The notes under the pieces: generated by a model
Told to the model about the DNA's origin: nothing
Database searches by the model: none
Seen by the model: the letters and a program-made list of their open reading frames with translations, nothing else
Position numbers and translations under genes: made by a program
DNA from: Eubacteriales bacterium
Lineage (GTDB): Bacteria; Bacillota; Clostridia; Oscillospirales; CAG-272
NCBI GenBank assembly: GCA_045643785.1
Contig: JAZRFR010000257.1
Coordinates: forward strand, 6,821 to 70,820
DNA length: 64,000 nucleotides
Direction of reading: 5' to 3'
Part shown: positions 47,101 to 56,162 of the stretch, piece by piece
How positions within the stretch are numbered: position 1 is the stretch's first letter
Layout of the letters: every line of letters starts with the position of its first letter

Positions 47101-49386
47101 TCAGTCAAACAGGCGGTGACGGAAAAAATGCCACGGAAAGTATTTCCGACGGGGGTGATTTTCAATAGGCGGTGCATATTCATTCTCATCCTGTAAAATA
47201 TCATTGGGAAGCAACGGGATTCGGTTCGGATCGTCCGGGGATGCGGGAATTACGGGGATCGGCGGTTCTTCGTGCAGATCGCATCGATCCATGGGTTCGG
47301 TTCCCCGCACGAACCACCCGAGTTCACTTTGCACACCGTATACGGGATCCTCACAAAATTCGTTCAAGCGCTTCCCCGTCAGCGGGCAGAATTTCATTTC
47401 CAGCAAAAGATCACGGCTTTCAAAGACCGACTGAGTCGGTCTCCCTTGATACGTTTTTTCAAAAGCCGCCATGAGTTCATCCCAGACCGACACGCAGAGA
47501 TTGCCCCGTATGCCCTTCATCGGGATCGGATAATCGTATCCCATCCAAACTCCCGCCAACATGCGCGGGGTATACCCGACAAACCAGCGGTCACAATTAT
47601 TTTGGGTGGTTCCCGTTTTTCCTGCTGCATCAATACCAAGGGATTTGAGTTCAGCCATATAGGGAGCCGCCGTTCCCTCCTGGGTAACGGCGCAGAGCAT
47701 TTGCGTCATGAGAGCGGCATTTTCCGCGGAAAGGACGCGGTCTGCCTGTTCGAAAGGAGGATTTTCCAAAAGGACGTTTCCATCGCTATCCAAAACGCGG
47801 TGGTAGGATATGGGAGCACGATAGATTCCGTCGATAAACACGGAGTACGCCGCGGTCAATTCACGGACGGACAGCCCGCGGCTCTGTTGGCCCAAGGCCA
47901 AGGAGGATACCGTCGCATCGTGATGCGCGGTGTTTTCGGTGGGTGATACGAGGCTTTCAAGCCCCAGACGGTCGTGCAGGAACGCAAAGGATTGCTCACA
48001 TCCCACGTCGTTCAGAATACGCACCGAGACCGTATTGATGGAATGGGCCAAGGCTTTCCCTGCCGACACGCGTCCGCGGTAGATCCCGTCGGCGTTGGAC
48101 GGCCATGGCTTGCCGTCCTTTTGGAGAAGGGGTTCATCCTCCAGGATGCTCGCCCACGTGATCAGACCTCGCTCCAGTGCGGGCGCATAGACGGACAACG
48201 GCTTAATGCAGGAGCCTGCCGGACGGCGGGTATCCACCGCGTAGTTCTGTATGCGGTTGGCATTTTTCTCCCCGACAGCTCCCGCGACGGCCAGAATATC
48301 TCCCGTATAGGGATCAATCAAGATACAGGCCGATTGCGGGCGGCCGTATTCCCCTTGGGGGAAATGATCCTCTTTCGCGTAATACGCTTCCAAAATTCTC
48401 TGCAAGGATTCGTCCATAGCGGTTTCAATCGTCAAGCCGCCTTTATAGATCATAACCGCCGCTTTGTCGTAGCTATACCCGTATTTCTCTTGCAGATCGC
48501 GGATCACATCACGGATCACCATGTCGATATACCAAGAGGTTACGGGATCGTTTACGGATCTTTCGGTTGGATTCAACCCCAGCGGGGATTGGATTGCTTC
48601 ATCCCGTTCCGTCTCCGTGATATACCCCTGCTTTTCCATTTCCCTGAGAATGATATTCCTTCTTAACAGATTATTTTCGGGGCAAAGGATCGGATCGTAC
48701 CCCGAAGGATTCTTGGTAATGGCGGCAATGGTGGCGCACTCGGCCAAGGAAAGCTCGGTAACGGATTTGGAAAAGTAGCGTTTGGCCGCGGCGCCGACCC
48801 CGTAACATCCCTCCGCCAGGTTGATCACGTTCAGGTACGCCTCCAGAATCTCTGTTTTGGAAAGCTGCTTTTCCAGATCAAAGGCGGTGAATATCTCGTT
48901 GAGCTTACGGTCAAGAGAATGTTCGTCCTTCCCTGTCAGATTCTTGACCAGCTGTTGCGTGATGGTGGATCCGCCAAAGGTTGCGTTCCCCCTCAGATAG
49001 GCAAGCCCCGCTCGCCCCGTCCGTAAAAGATCTACGCCGTCATGCTGCCAGAAGCGTTTATCCTCAATGGCCACAAAGGCGTTGATGAGGTCACTCGGCA
49101 TATCTCCGTAGGCGGTGTAGATACAGGCATCCGAATCGACCAGAGCTGATTTGGGCGCTACATGACAGTCTCCATCCCTTCCCGCTCGGTTTTCGGGGGC
49201 ATAGGCGTAAAAAACAGACGGTTCGTTTGCCTGATAGATCCGCACGAGAGACATATCCATTTTCGCGTTACTGTAAGGGATCAGAAAAGATACGGCGCCT
49301 AAGCCGAGCAGAAAACAAACGCCAAGCAATAAAGACACAATCAACAAGGCAACACGCCAGCATTTTTTCCTTTTTCTCATGTTCAT
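47101..49386 (-). CDS. Class A penicillin-binding protein (glycosyltransferase GT51 + transpeptidase)
   Basis: N-terminal TM, GT51 motifs FVAIEDKRFWQHDGVD and GGSTITQQLVKN, and transpeptidase motifs PAGSCIKP and KTGTT. Start set at ATG 49386 (GGAAGGGTGG SD), not the track start at 49518. Confidence 0.88.
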   Translation of the reverse strand: MNMRKRKKCWRVALLIVSLLLGVCFLLGLGAVSFLIPYSNAKMDMSLVRIYQANEPSVFYAYAPENRAGRDGDCHVAPKSALVDSDACIYTAYGDMPSDLINAFVAIEDKRFWQHDGVDLLRTGRAGLAYLRGNATFGGSTITQQLVKNLTGKDEHSLDRKLNEIFTAFDLEKQLSKTEILEAYLNVINLAEGCYGVGAAAKRYFSKSVTELSLAECATIAAITKNPSGYDPILCPENNLLRRNIILREMEKQGYITETERDEAIQSPLGLNPTERSVNDPVTSWYIDMVIRDVIRDLQEKYGYSYDKAAVMIYKGGLTIETAMDESLQRILEAYYAKEDHFPQGEYGRPQSACILIDPYTGDILAVAGAVGEKNANRIQNYAVDTRRPAGSCIKPLSVYAPALERGLITWASILEDEPLLQKDGKPWPSNADGIYRGRVSAGKALAHSINTVSVRILNDVGCEQSFAFLHDRLGLESLVSPTENTAHHDATVSSLALGQQSRGLSVRELTAAYSVFIDGIYRAPISYHRVLDSDGNVLLENPPFEQADRVLSAENAALMTQMLCAVTQEGTAAPYMAELKSLGIDAAGKTGTTQNNCDRWFVGYTPRMLAGVWMGYDYPIPMKGIRGNLCVSVWDELMAAFEKTYQGRPTQSVFESRDLLLEMKFCPLTGKRLNEFCEDPVYGVQSELGWFVRGTEPMDRCDLHEEPPIPVIPASPDDPNRIPLLPNDILQDENEYAPPIENHPRRKYFPWHFFRHRLFD

Positions 49387-49486
49387 ACGCCACCCTTCCG
49401 ATCTTTTGGAAAATACATCATTATTGTGTCTCGGTTTCGCATAATTAAACTGCGGCGGGGCATGATAATAGAGACACATCCACCAG

Positions 49487-49502
49487 TTTTTGACGTCAAA
49501 AA
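49487..49502. promoter_or_regulatory. Perfect 16-bp palindrome in the divergent PBP / membrane-protein promoter region
   Basis: TTTTTGACGTCAAAAA equals its own reverse complement. Confidence 0.3.
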
Positions 49503-49544
49503 TACGGCTCGCTGACATCGGGCCGATTATGGAAAGGAATTTGT

Positions 49545-50099
49545 ATGAAGCAATTTACCAATCTGACCAAAGCTATCCTGATCTCCGTCGCCTCCGTCAC
49601 GCTGATCTGGCTGATCTTCTCCACGGCATATACCTACACGGTATCCGAGGAAGTCACCCGACTGAGGAGGGACAGCCGCAGTGACATCGTATATCTCCGC
49701 AACCGGGTGCGTGATCTGGAAGCCGCCTTGATGCCCGACATCCCTGCAGGCGTGACCACACCTGATATGAATGCGGATGACGCGGAAAATCAGGAAACCT
49801 CGCGTCCCTCTCGGGATACTGCATCGGCAGAAACCGAGGCTGTAACCGTCCCCACCCATCAATCGCCCGAAACCCAGGTGCCTACGGTTGACAATCCCGA
49901 GACACTTCCCTCGACGGCCACGTATCTTTTCACCGAATACAACGGCATGATCGGCGTGTTTGATGCCGCAGGGGAGCTGGTGCGAACCATCAACGTATTC
50001 GTTATGACTCTTCCCGAAGCCGAAAGAGAGGCGTTATACGTAGGTATCCCCGCCTACTCCTACGCAGAAATGTGCGAGCTTGCGGAGCAGTTTGAATGA
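49545..50099 (+). CDS. Hypothetical N-terminally membrane-anchored protein
   Basis: GGAAAGGAA SD, TM helix AILISVASVTLIWLIFS, a P/T/E-rich linker and a ~60-aa C-terminal globular module. No family recognised. Confidence 0.5.
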   Translation: MKQFTNLTKAILISVASVTLIWLIFSTAYTYTVSEEVTRLRRDSRSDIVYLRNRVRDLEAALMPDIPAGVTTPDMNADDAENQETSRPSRDTASAETEAVTVPTHQSPETQVPTVDNPETLPSTATYLFTEYNGMIGVFDAAGELVRTINVFVMTLPEAEREALYVGIPAYSYAEMCELAEQFE

Positions 50100-50120
50100 T
50101 TCGGATCGCAATCCTGACAG

Positions 50121-50155
50121 AAAAAAGGTGTCATCCCATGGGATGACACCTTTTT
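50121..50155. terminator. Bidirectional rho-independent terminator
   Basis: AAAAAAGGTGTCATCC-catg-GGATGACACCTTTTT, a perfect stem flanked by A and T runs. Confidence 0.75.
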
Positions 50156-50244
50156 CGAGCCGCATATGTATCCAAAACCAGAATGCAGACGACGCAGAGA
50201 GAAGTTCGTACAGTCGATTGAATCCCGCTTTCAGAATGGGGACA

Positions 50245-50565
50245 TCAACGGTCTCTTCTTCTTGCCTCGAAGCAGGCGCTGCAGTACACAGGTCTGTCCG
50301 CGCTGGGCTGGAACGTCAGCTTAGCAACGCCACCGCAATCGGTGCAGGTTGCCTCAAAATACTGACGCTCGGGCTTACCGGCGTTCTTCTTGGCATCGCG
50401 GCAAGCCTTGCAGGTCTTGGGCTTATTCTGGAAGCCCTTCTCGGCATAGAAAGCCTGCTCGCCGGCCGTGAACACGAACTCATTGCCGCATTCCTTGCAG
50501 ACAAGGGTCTCGTCCTCGTAAACGGGAGTCTCCACGTTCGCGTCCATGATCTCATCTTCGTACAT
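50245..50565 (-). CDS. Zinc-ribbon domain-containing protein (CxxC pairs)
   Basis: LVCKECGNEFVFTAGEQAFYAEKGFQNKPKTCKACRDAKK plus a second ribbon CTDCGG...CSACF. This small protein family is common in Clostridia. Confidence 0.7.
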   Translation of the reverse strand: MYEDEIMDANVETPVYEDETLVCKECGNEFVFTAGEQAFYAEKGFQNKPKTCKACRDAKKNAGKPERQYFEATCTDCGGVAKLTFQPSADRPVYCSACFEARRRDR

Positions 50566-50680
50566 TGGTTTTTACCTCGCTTAAAATGGTTTTTGCCCCG
50601 CGGCGGACTCACACCGCCATCTCGAAGTTGGTTACCTCGCGTTCTTTTTGTACCATCGGGACATAGTACCCGCCCTTATC

Positions 50681-51292
50681 TCAATCTTCGGGCGGGGTGA
50701 GCCGCTCACGGAGCTTGCGACGAATGCGGTAGATGGCATTGTGGACAGAACGCTCGTCACGGTCAAGGTCTTTGGCAATATCCGCAACGGGCACACCCGT
50801 TACGTACTGCCACCATACGCGGTTCTCCAGTTCCGAAAGATGACCGCGAACGGTACGGCAAAGCTGGCGGAAGCGTTCGTCCTCCACCATATCGGCTCCG
50901 GGATCATACCCCTCCGTCACATCCTCTTCAGCCAACGAGACATGTGTCACGCGGCGGCGGGCATGAATATGCCGCCACTCAGAGATCAGACCGTTACGCA
51001 GGCAGATCTTGGCGTACAGGCCGAAATCCACCGCATCCTGCTCGGTGTCAAAGGAGGTAATGGCGCCCAAAAATACCCGCTCGGCCTCTTCCCGCATATC
51101 CGCCTTTTCCTGGAGAGTCATTTCCGAAGCGCCGAAACGGGCGACCGAGGATTCCAGCAGAGGACGGTATTTGGTACAGAGCGCAAGGTAAGCCTCCCGA
51201 CTACCCGCCTGCGCCTGCAAAAGCAGGTCACGCAAAGAGGAATCGGGGGTTTGAAGGGTATCCGTTTCGGATTTTGGATGAAGCTCTTTCAT
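50681..51292 (-). CDS. Sigma-70 family RNA polymerase sigma factor (ECF-like size)
   Basis: Region 2-like AITSFDTEQDAVDFGLYAKICLRNGLISEWR and a region 4 HTH VADIAKDLDRDERSVHNAIYRIRRKLRE. Start set at ATG 51292 (GAAAAGGTG SD), not the GTG at 51301. Confidence 0.75.
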   Translation of the reverse strand: MKELHPKSETDTLQTPDSSLRDLLLQAQAGSREAYLALCTKYRPLLESSVARFGASEMTLQEKADMREEAERVFLGAITSFDTEQDAVDFGLYAKICLRNGLISEWRHIHARRRVTHVSLAEEDVTEGYDPGADMVEDERFRQLCRTVRGHLSELENRVWWQYVTGVPVADIAKDLDRDERSVHNAIYRIRRKLRERLTPPED

Positions 51293-51370
51293 GCCGCGCA
51301 CCTTTTCCGCACAGAGGATTCGGTGGAGGATAATTCCCTCTTTACCGAAATTTTCTGTCCTATCAGTAAT

Positions 51371-51398
51371 ATTATATCATGAATCTGCATAATGTCAA
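51371..51398 (-). promoter_or_regulatory. Near-consensus sigma-A promoter with extended -10, upstream of the sigma-factor gene
   Basis: The minus strand reads TTGACA (51398-51393), 16 nt, TGaTATAAT (51379-51371). Confidence 0.6.
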
Positions 51399-51445
51399 GT
51401 GTATTTTTTCGTCTTTTTTTGTAAAAGGATGCCATTTTTACCAAA

Positions 51446-51489
51446 AGGCGGCTTTGCCTGTGTACAATTTACACATTCAAAGGCCGCCT
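51446..51489. terminator. Long imperfect hairpin ~160 nt downstream of ecfT (possible bidirectional terminator)
   Basis: AGGCGGCTTTG-cc-TGTGTA-caatt-TACACA-tt-CAAAGGCCGCCT. It is followed by UUUUGG on the minus strand and AAUUGUUUGUUUUG on the plus strand. Confidence 0.4.
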
Positions 51490-51648
51490 AATTGTTTGTT
51501 TTGACGGAAAACCGCGTTTCTTTTTTGGCAAAATGACTTAAAAAACAGTTAAAATTTTGTGAATATTTTTTTGACGTTTTCCGAACAAATCCAACCGTCC
51601 CGCCACTTATATCCATGAAAAACGCAATATTTCCAAAGGTTTTCGGGG

Positions 51649-52491
51649 TTACATGGTATAGAGCCAGCCGAAGCGAGCGCCGCAGATGTTGATGGCTACG
51701 ACACCGGCCACGAACAGGGCCATACCGATCAGTGTGAACACGTCACGGGCGTGATATTTGAGAACGCGGAGCTTGGTTCGTCCTTCCCCGCCGTGGTAGC
51801 AACGGCATTCCATGGCGGTTGCCAGCTCGTCGGCGCGGCGGAAGACCGATGCGAACAGCGGCACGATGATGGGAATGAGCGCCTTGGCTCTTTGCGCAAG
51901 AGAACCCTGGGTAAAGTCCGCGCCTCGCGCCTTTTGGGCAGCCATGATCTTCTCGGTCTCCTCCATGATGGTGGGGATAAAGCGCAGGGCGATAGTCATC
52001 ATCATGGCGAAGGCGTGAACAGGAACTTTGATCTTGGCCAGGGGGCGAAGCAGGCTTTCGATGGCGTCGGTGAGGGCGATGGGGGTGGTGGTGTAGGTCA
52101 GGAACAGGCTGGTTCCGATGACCATGGCCAGGATGCGCACCAGAATAAAGGCGGCATGGTAAATGCCCTTGGGATAAATGGTGATGATCCAGAAATCCAC
52201 CAGAGGCACGGCTTCTTCAGCGGTATCCACAACCCAGAATACATTCAGGATGGCCGTGAAGACCATGATGAAGATCAACGCGCGGATGGAGCGCAGAACC
52301 ACCTTCATGGGGATGCGGGAGACGAGAATCAGGGCAAAACCCGACAGGAGCAGGAGCACGAAGGAGAAGGTGTTCGTGCACAGGAACGACGCCACGATAT
52401 AGACCACGGCGGCGATGACCTTGGTGCGGGGATCCAGACGGTGAAGCAGGGAGTTGGCGGGATAGTACTGACCGAAAGCAAAGCTTTTCAT
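51649..52491 (-). CDS. ecfT: Energy-coupling factor transporter transmembrane component EcfT
   Basis: LHRLDPRTKV start, multiple TM helices, and the coupling-helix region AQKARGADF...FRRADELATAMECR. Confidence 0.88.
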   Translation of the reverse strand: MKSFAFGQYYPANSLLHRLDPRTKVIAAVVYIVASFLCTNTFSFVLLLLSGFALILVSRIPMKVVLRSIRALIFIMVFTAILNVFWVVDTAEEAVPLVDFWIITIYPKGIYHAAFILVRILAMVIGTSLFLTYTTTPIALTDAIESLLRPLAKIKVPVHAFAMMMTIALRFIPTIMEETEKIMAAQKARGADFTQGSLAQRAKALIPIIVPLFASVFRRADELATAMECRCYHGGEGRTKLRVLKYHARDVFTLIGMALFVAGVVAINICGARFGWLYTM

Positions 52492-53486
52492 GGGCGCGCC
52501 CTCCCTTCTCTGTCATTCTTTACCGAACGGAAGATTTCCATCAGCGCGTCTTCTGCGGCCTCCGTGGTGTAAAGACCGGCGGGCATAGGCATACCGCCCT
52601 CTCGCAGAAGCAGACAAAGCTTGGTGATCTGGGGAATATCCAATCCAACGGCCTCCAACTCATCGGCGCGGGCAAAAATCTCGTTTCGATCCCCTGCCAT
52701 AAGCACCTTTGCGTGAGCCATGACCACTACGTCGTCACAGTATTGGGCCATATCCTCCATGCTGTGACTGACGATGATCACGGTACAACCGGTACGGCGG
52801 TTATACTCCCGAATGCCCTGGAAAATGACGTGACGACCCTGGGGGTCCAATCCTGCGGCGGGTTCATCCAGCACCAGCACCTCGGGGCGCATGGCCATAA
52901 TGCCCGCGATGGCTACGCGACGCTTCTGGCCGCCCGAGAGGTCGAAAGGAGATTTTTCCATGAGGGCGGGGTCTACGCCTGCAAAGGCGGCGGATTCCGC
53001 AACACGCTCGCGAATCTCCTCCTCGGAAAGCTTCATGTTCTTGGGTCCAAAGGCGATATCGGCGGCTACAGTCTCCTCAAAGAGTTGGTACTCGGGGTAC
53101 TGCATGACCATGCCTACGCGGAAGCGTACCTTTCCGATCTCCTTGGGACGGGCCCAGATATCCTCGCCGTCCAGAAGCACGCGACCGGATTCGGCGCGGG
53201 TCAGGCCGTTGAGCAGTTGGATCAGGGTGGATTTTCCCGACCCCGTGTGACCGATGATGCCCGTCAGCTTCCCTGCGTGAATATCCAGAGATACCCCATC
53301 CAGAGCGCGAACCTCAAAGGGAGAGTTCTTGCCATAGATATAGGTGATATTTTCCAGGCGAAGCTTGGGATTTTCGGTTTGATTCATGATGGGAGCGGAG
53401 GTTACCGTCTCCGTATCTGTCCCGACCGCTTGAGGGTTCGGGCGGTTCTGTTTATTTCTTTTTTGCATACGATTTACGTTCCTCAC
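52488..53486 (-). CDS. ecfA: Energy-coupling factor transporter ATPase (single EcfA)
   Basis: Walker A GHTGSGKST, signature LSGGQKRRVAIAG, Walker B LVLDEPAAGLD, and the H-loop. The 4-nt overlap with ecfT is ATGA. The start is uncertain: GTG 53486 or ATG 53468. Confidence 0.85.
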   Translation of the reverse strand: MRNVNRMQKRNKQNRPNPQAVGTDTETVTSAPIMNQTENPKLRLENITYIYGKNSPFEVRALDGVSLDIHAGKLTGIIGHTGSGKSTLIQLLNGLTRAESGRVLLDGEDIWARPKEIGKVRFRVGMVMQYPEYQLFEETVAADIAFGPKNMKLSEEEIRERVAESAAFAGVDPALMEKSPFDLSGGQKRRVAIAGIMAMRPEVLVLDEPAAGLDPQGRHVIFQGIREYNRRTGCTVIIVSHSMEDMAQYCDDVVVMAHAKVLMAGDRNEIFARADELEAVGLDIPQITKLCLLLREGGMPMPAGLYTTEAAEDALMEIFRSVKNDREGRARP

Positions 53487-53538
53487 CTTTGTGAAAGGTA
53501 ATACGAGTGATTCAATAATAGCAGATCAACGCGAGCAA

Positions 53539-54294
53539 TCAGCGGAACCACTTCCCTGCTTCCACGCCCTTCTCATCGTGGAAACCGATACGGAGGATGC
53601 GGTACCATACCTCGTCCAGGGCGCCGTCCTCGGAGAGGATGCCCAGTTTATCCCGCATAGCCTTAATGAGGTATTCGGGATTGAGGTTTTCGGTGTTGCC
53701 CGCGCGGAGGGTAGCACGGAGCTTGATGAGGCCATCGGCGGCCACGGCCTTAACCGAATGGATCATGGGGAGGATGTTGACCTCCTTATCACCCGACTTG
53801 GAACGCTTGGTCATGACGATGGGCTCTGCGTCGGAGGCGAACATAGCATTGATGGCGCCCGCGTTGTCAATGGGATCGCCGGGGGTCTTGATGGTCATCT
53901 GGTAGGTACCCCACGCGATATCCGAGAAGGCGGTCTTGGGGATATAGACCTCCGAGACCTGCATTTCGGAAGTGAGTTCTGCGTTGAGCTGGGCCTTGAT
54001 CTCGGCGGGGGTGATCTCACGGTCGATACGGAGATCCACCATCTCCTCCATGCCCTCGGAGCCTACGGGCAGGGGCACGCCGAAGACGATCTTACTGTGG
54101 GGGTTGAAGCCCTGGGTGTACCACATGGGGATGGAAGCGCGAACCAGGACTCTCTGCCAGGTACGCTGGAGGTCGAGGTGGGAGAAGTACTGGAGGTTGC
54201 CCGTCTTTTGGAATACTACACGCACCGTAATGGGCGCGTCCAGCATGGGGCGGTCAAACTTGGAAATACGGTTCAGTTTTTCTTGGGACAGCAT
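53539..54294 (-). CDS. TIGR03936 family radical SAM-associated protein (DUF2344)
   Basis: VRVVFQKTGNLQYFSHLDLQRTWQRVLVRASIPMWYTQGFNPHSKIVFGVPLPVG. The ATG at 54294 has a GGAGG SD (54308-54304) inside the upstream gene, giving a 22-nt overlap. Confidence 0.8.
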   Translation of the reverse strand: MLSQEKLNRISKFDRPMLDAPITVRVVFQKTGNLQYFSHLDLQRTWQRVLVRASIPMWYTQGFNPHSKIVFGVPLPVGSEGMEEMVDLRIDREITPAEIKAQLNAELTSEMQVSEVYIPKTAFSDIAWGTYQMTIKTPGDPIDNAGAINAMFASDAEPIVMTKRSKSGDKEVNILPMIHSVKAVAADGLIKLRATLRAGNTENLNPEYLIKAMRDKLGILSEDGALDEVWYRILRIGFHDEKGVEAGKWFR

Positions 54295-56132
54295 GCGCGC
54301 TCACCTCCCATCTTATTGGCCCCGCAGCCCGAGCAGTTCTCACGGCAGTTGGGGGTGGTGTTCCCCTCATGAGCCTTGGCGTTTTCTCTCTGCAGGAATT
54401 TCTTGGTCACGCCGCAGTCGATGATATCCCAAGGCAGGACTTCATCCAGACCGTAGCGGCGGTTGGCATAGAAAGCGGGATCGATGCCGGTTTCAGCAAA
54501 GATCTCCATCCACCCCTCATAGTTGAAGAACTCCGACCAAGCTTCGAACTTATAGCCACGGCGGCAGGCCTCTTCCAGAGCGGGAGCGAGGCGGCGGTCA
54601 CCGCGGGCAAAGACTGCCTCCAGATGGCAGGTCTTGGCGTTGTGGTAGTTATACTTCACGCGGCGGTCGTGGACGCAGGAGCCCACGAAGGCCTGCTTGC
54701 GCTCCATTTCCTCCAGGGTATCCTGAGGCTCCCACTGGAAGGGGGTGAAGGGCTTGGGGATGAAGGGGGACACGCTGATGGTAACCTGGGCGTGCTGACC
54801 CTTGCGGCGGTTGGGATTCTGGTAGTAGGCGGACACCACGCGGTGGGCCAACTCGGGAATTTCCGCCAGATCCTCGTCGGTCTCGGTGGGGTGACCCTGC
54901 ATGAAGTAGAGCTTCACTTGATTCTTGCCCACGTCGAAGGCCACGTTGACGGCGCGCATGAGATCCTCCTCGTAGAGGTTCTTGTTGATAACGTCGCGGA
55001 GGCGCTGGGAGCCTGCCTCGGGGGCAAAGGTGATGGTGGAATTGCGGATGGAGGCCACCTTATCCATGAGCTCGCGGGTGAAGGAGTCGGCGCGCAGAGA
55101 GGGCAGGGACAGGCTGACCATGTTGGGGTTCGACCAGGACAGCAGGCTGTCGGTCAGCTCGTTTACCTTGGTGTAGTCGCTGATGGACAGGGAGGACAAG
55201 GACATTTCCTCATAGCCCGAGGACTCGAAGATGGCGCGGCACTGGCAGTCTACCACCTCGGGAGACTTTTCCCGGACGGGGCGGTAGACCATACCTGCCT
55301 GGCAGAAGCGGCAGCCGCGGATACAGCCGCGACCCACCTCTACGGTGATGCGATCCTGCACCGTCTCGATGTAGGGCATGACCACCTTATCGGGGAAAGG
55401 CGTCTTGTCCAGATCCTCCACGATGCGCTTAGTGACCGTCTTGGGAATATCGTCGTATACGGGGGTGTAGGCGGCCACAGTGCCGTCTTCGTTGTAGGTG
55501 ACGGTGTAGAGAGAGGGGACGTACACACCTCGGATGGTACGGGCGGCCTCATGCAGGAAGGCGGCGCGGGTATAGGTTCCCTCGTCCTTCATCTTGATAT
55601 AGAGGCGGACGATCTCGGGGAGCATTTCCTCGCCCTCACCGATATTGAAGAGGTCGAAGAAGTCAGCCACGGGCTCGGGGTTATAGGAACAGGGGCCGCC
55701 GCCGATGACCAGAGGACAATCCTCACCGCGGTCTGCCGCACGCAGGGGGATCTTCGAAAGCTCCAGCATATTCAGCACGGTGGTGTAGCACATTTCGTAC
55801 TGGAGGGTAAAGCCCAGGAAATCGAAATCGGCAACGGGGTCGCCGCTCTCCAGACAGGTAAGGGGCACGTTCTGCTCCTTCATCTTCTCCTGCATATCCA
55901 CCCAGGGGGCGTAGGTGCGCTCGCACCAGATGTCATCGTGGAGGTTGAGGCAATGGTAGAGGATGCGGACGCCCAGGTTGGACATACCGATCTCGTAGGA
56001 ATCGGGGAAAGCAAAGGCAAAGCGTGCCTTGACCGTGTTCTTGTCCTTGATGATCTGACCGTACTCACCGCCCGCGTAGCGACCGGGACGGGAGACAGAG
56101 GTCAGAAGCATGCGTTTTTCGTTTTGGTTCAT
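54273..56132 (-). CDS. TIGR03960 family B12-binding-domain radical SAM protein
   Basis: SRPGRYAGGEYG start, an N-terminal B12-like domain, the radical SAM cluster GRGCIRGCRFCQAG, and 619 aa in length. Confidence 0.85.
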   Translation of the reverse strand: MNQNEKRMLLTSVSRPGRYAGGEYGQIIKDKNTVKARFAFAFPDSYEIGMSNLGVRILYHCLNLHDDIWCERTYAPWVDMQEKMKEQNVPLTCLESGDPVADFDFLGFTLQYEMCYTTVLNMLELSKIPLRAADRGEDCPLVIGGGPCSYNPEPVADFFDLFNIGEGEEMLPEIVRLYIKMKDEGTYTRAAFLHEAARTIRGVYVPSLYTVTYNEDGTVAAYTPVYDDIPKTVTKRIVEDLDKTPFPDKVVMPYIETVQDRITVEVGRGCIRGCRFCQAGMVYRPVREKSPEVVDCQCRAIFESSGYEEMSLSSLSISDYTKVNELTDSLLSWSNPNMVSLSLPSLRADSFTRELMDKVASIRNSTITFAPEAGSQRLRDVINKNLYEEDLMRAVNVAFDVGKNQVKLYFMQGHPTETDEDLAEIPELAHRVVSAYYQNPNRRKGQHAQVTISVSPFIPKPFTPFQWEPQDTLEEMERKQAFVGSCVHDRRVKYNYHNAKTCHLEAVFARGDRRLAPALEEACRRGYKFEAWSEFFNYEGWMEIFAETGIDPAFYANRRYGLDEVLPWDIIDCGVTKKFLQRENAKAHEGNTTPNCRENCSGCGANKMGGERACCPKKN

Positions 56133-56162
56133 GATATGAGATAATTCCTTATTGATGTAGTG

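Noticed and set aside
50566-50680. The direct repeat GCGAGGTAA(N)CCAA (two copies) and a tiny ORF (MAV*) between the sigma-factor and zinc-ribbon genes, considered as a possible leader peptide or anti-sigma link.
   Set aside because: The repeat is short and imperfect. The mini-ORF is only 3 codons. The zinc-ribbon protein lacks the HxxxCxxC anti-sigma motif and any TM segment. The evidence is insufficient.
54369-56144. A 591-aa plus-strand ORF.
   Set aside because: It is antisense to the TIM-barrel radical SAM gene, which carries the canonical CxxxCxxC motif on the minus strand. The product has G/V/A/H-rich shadow composition.
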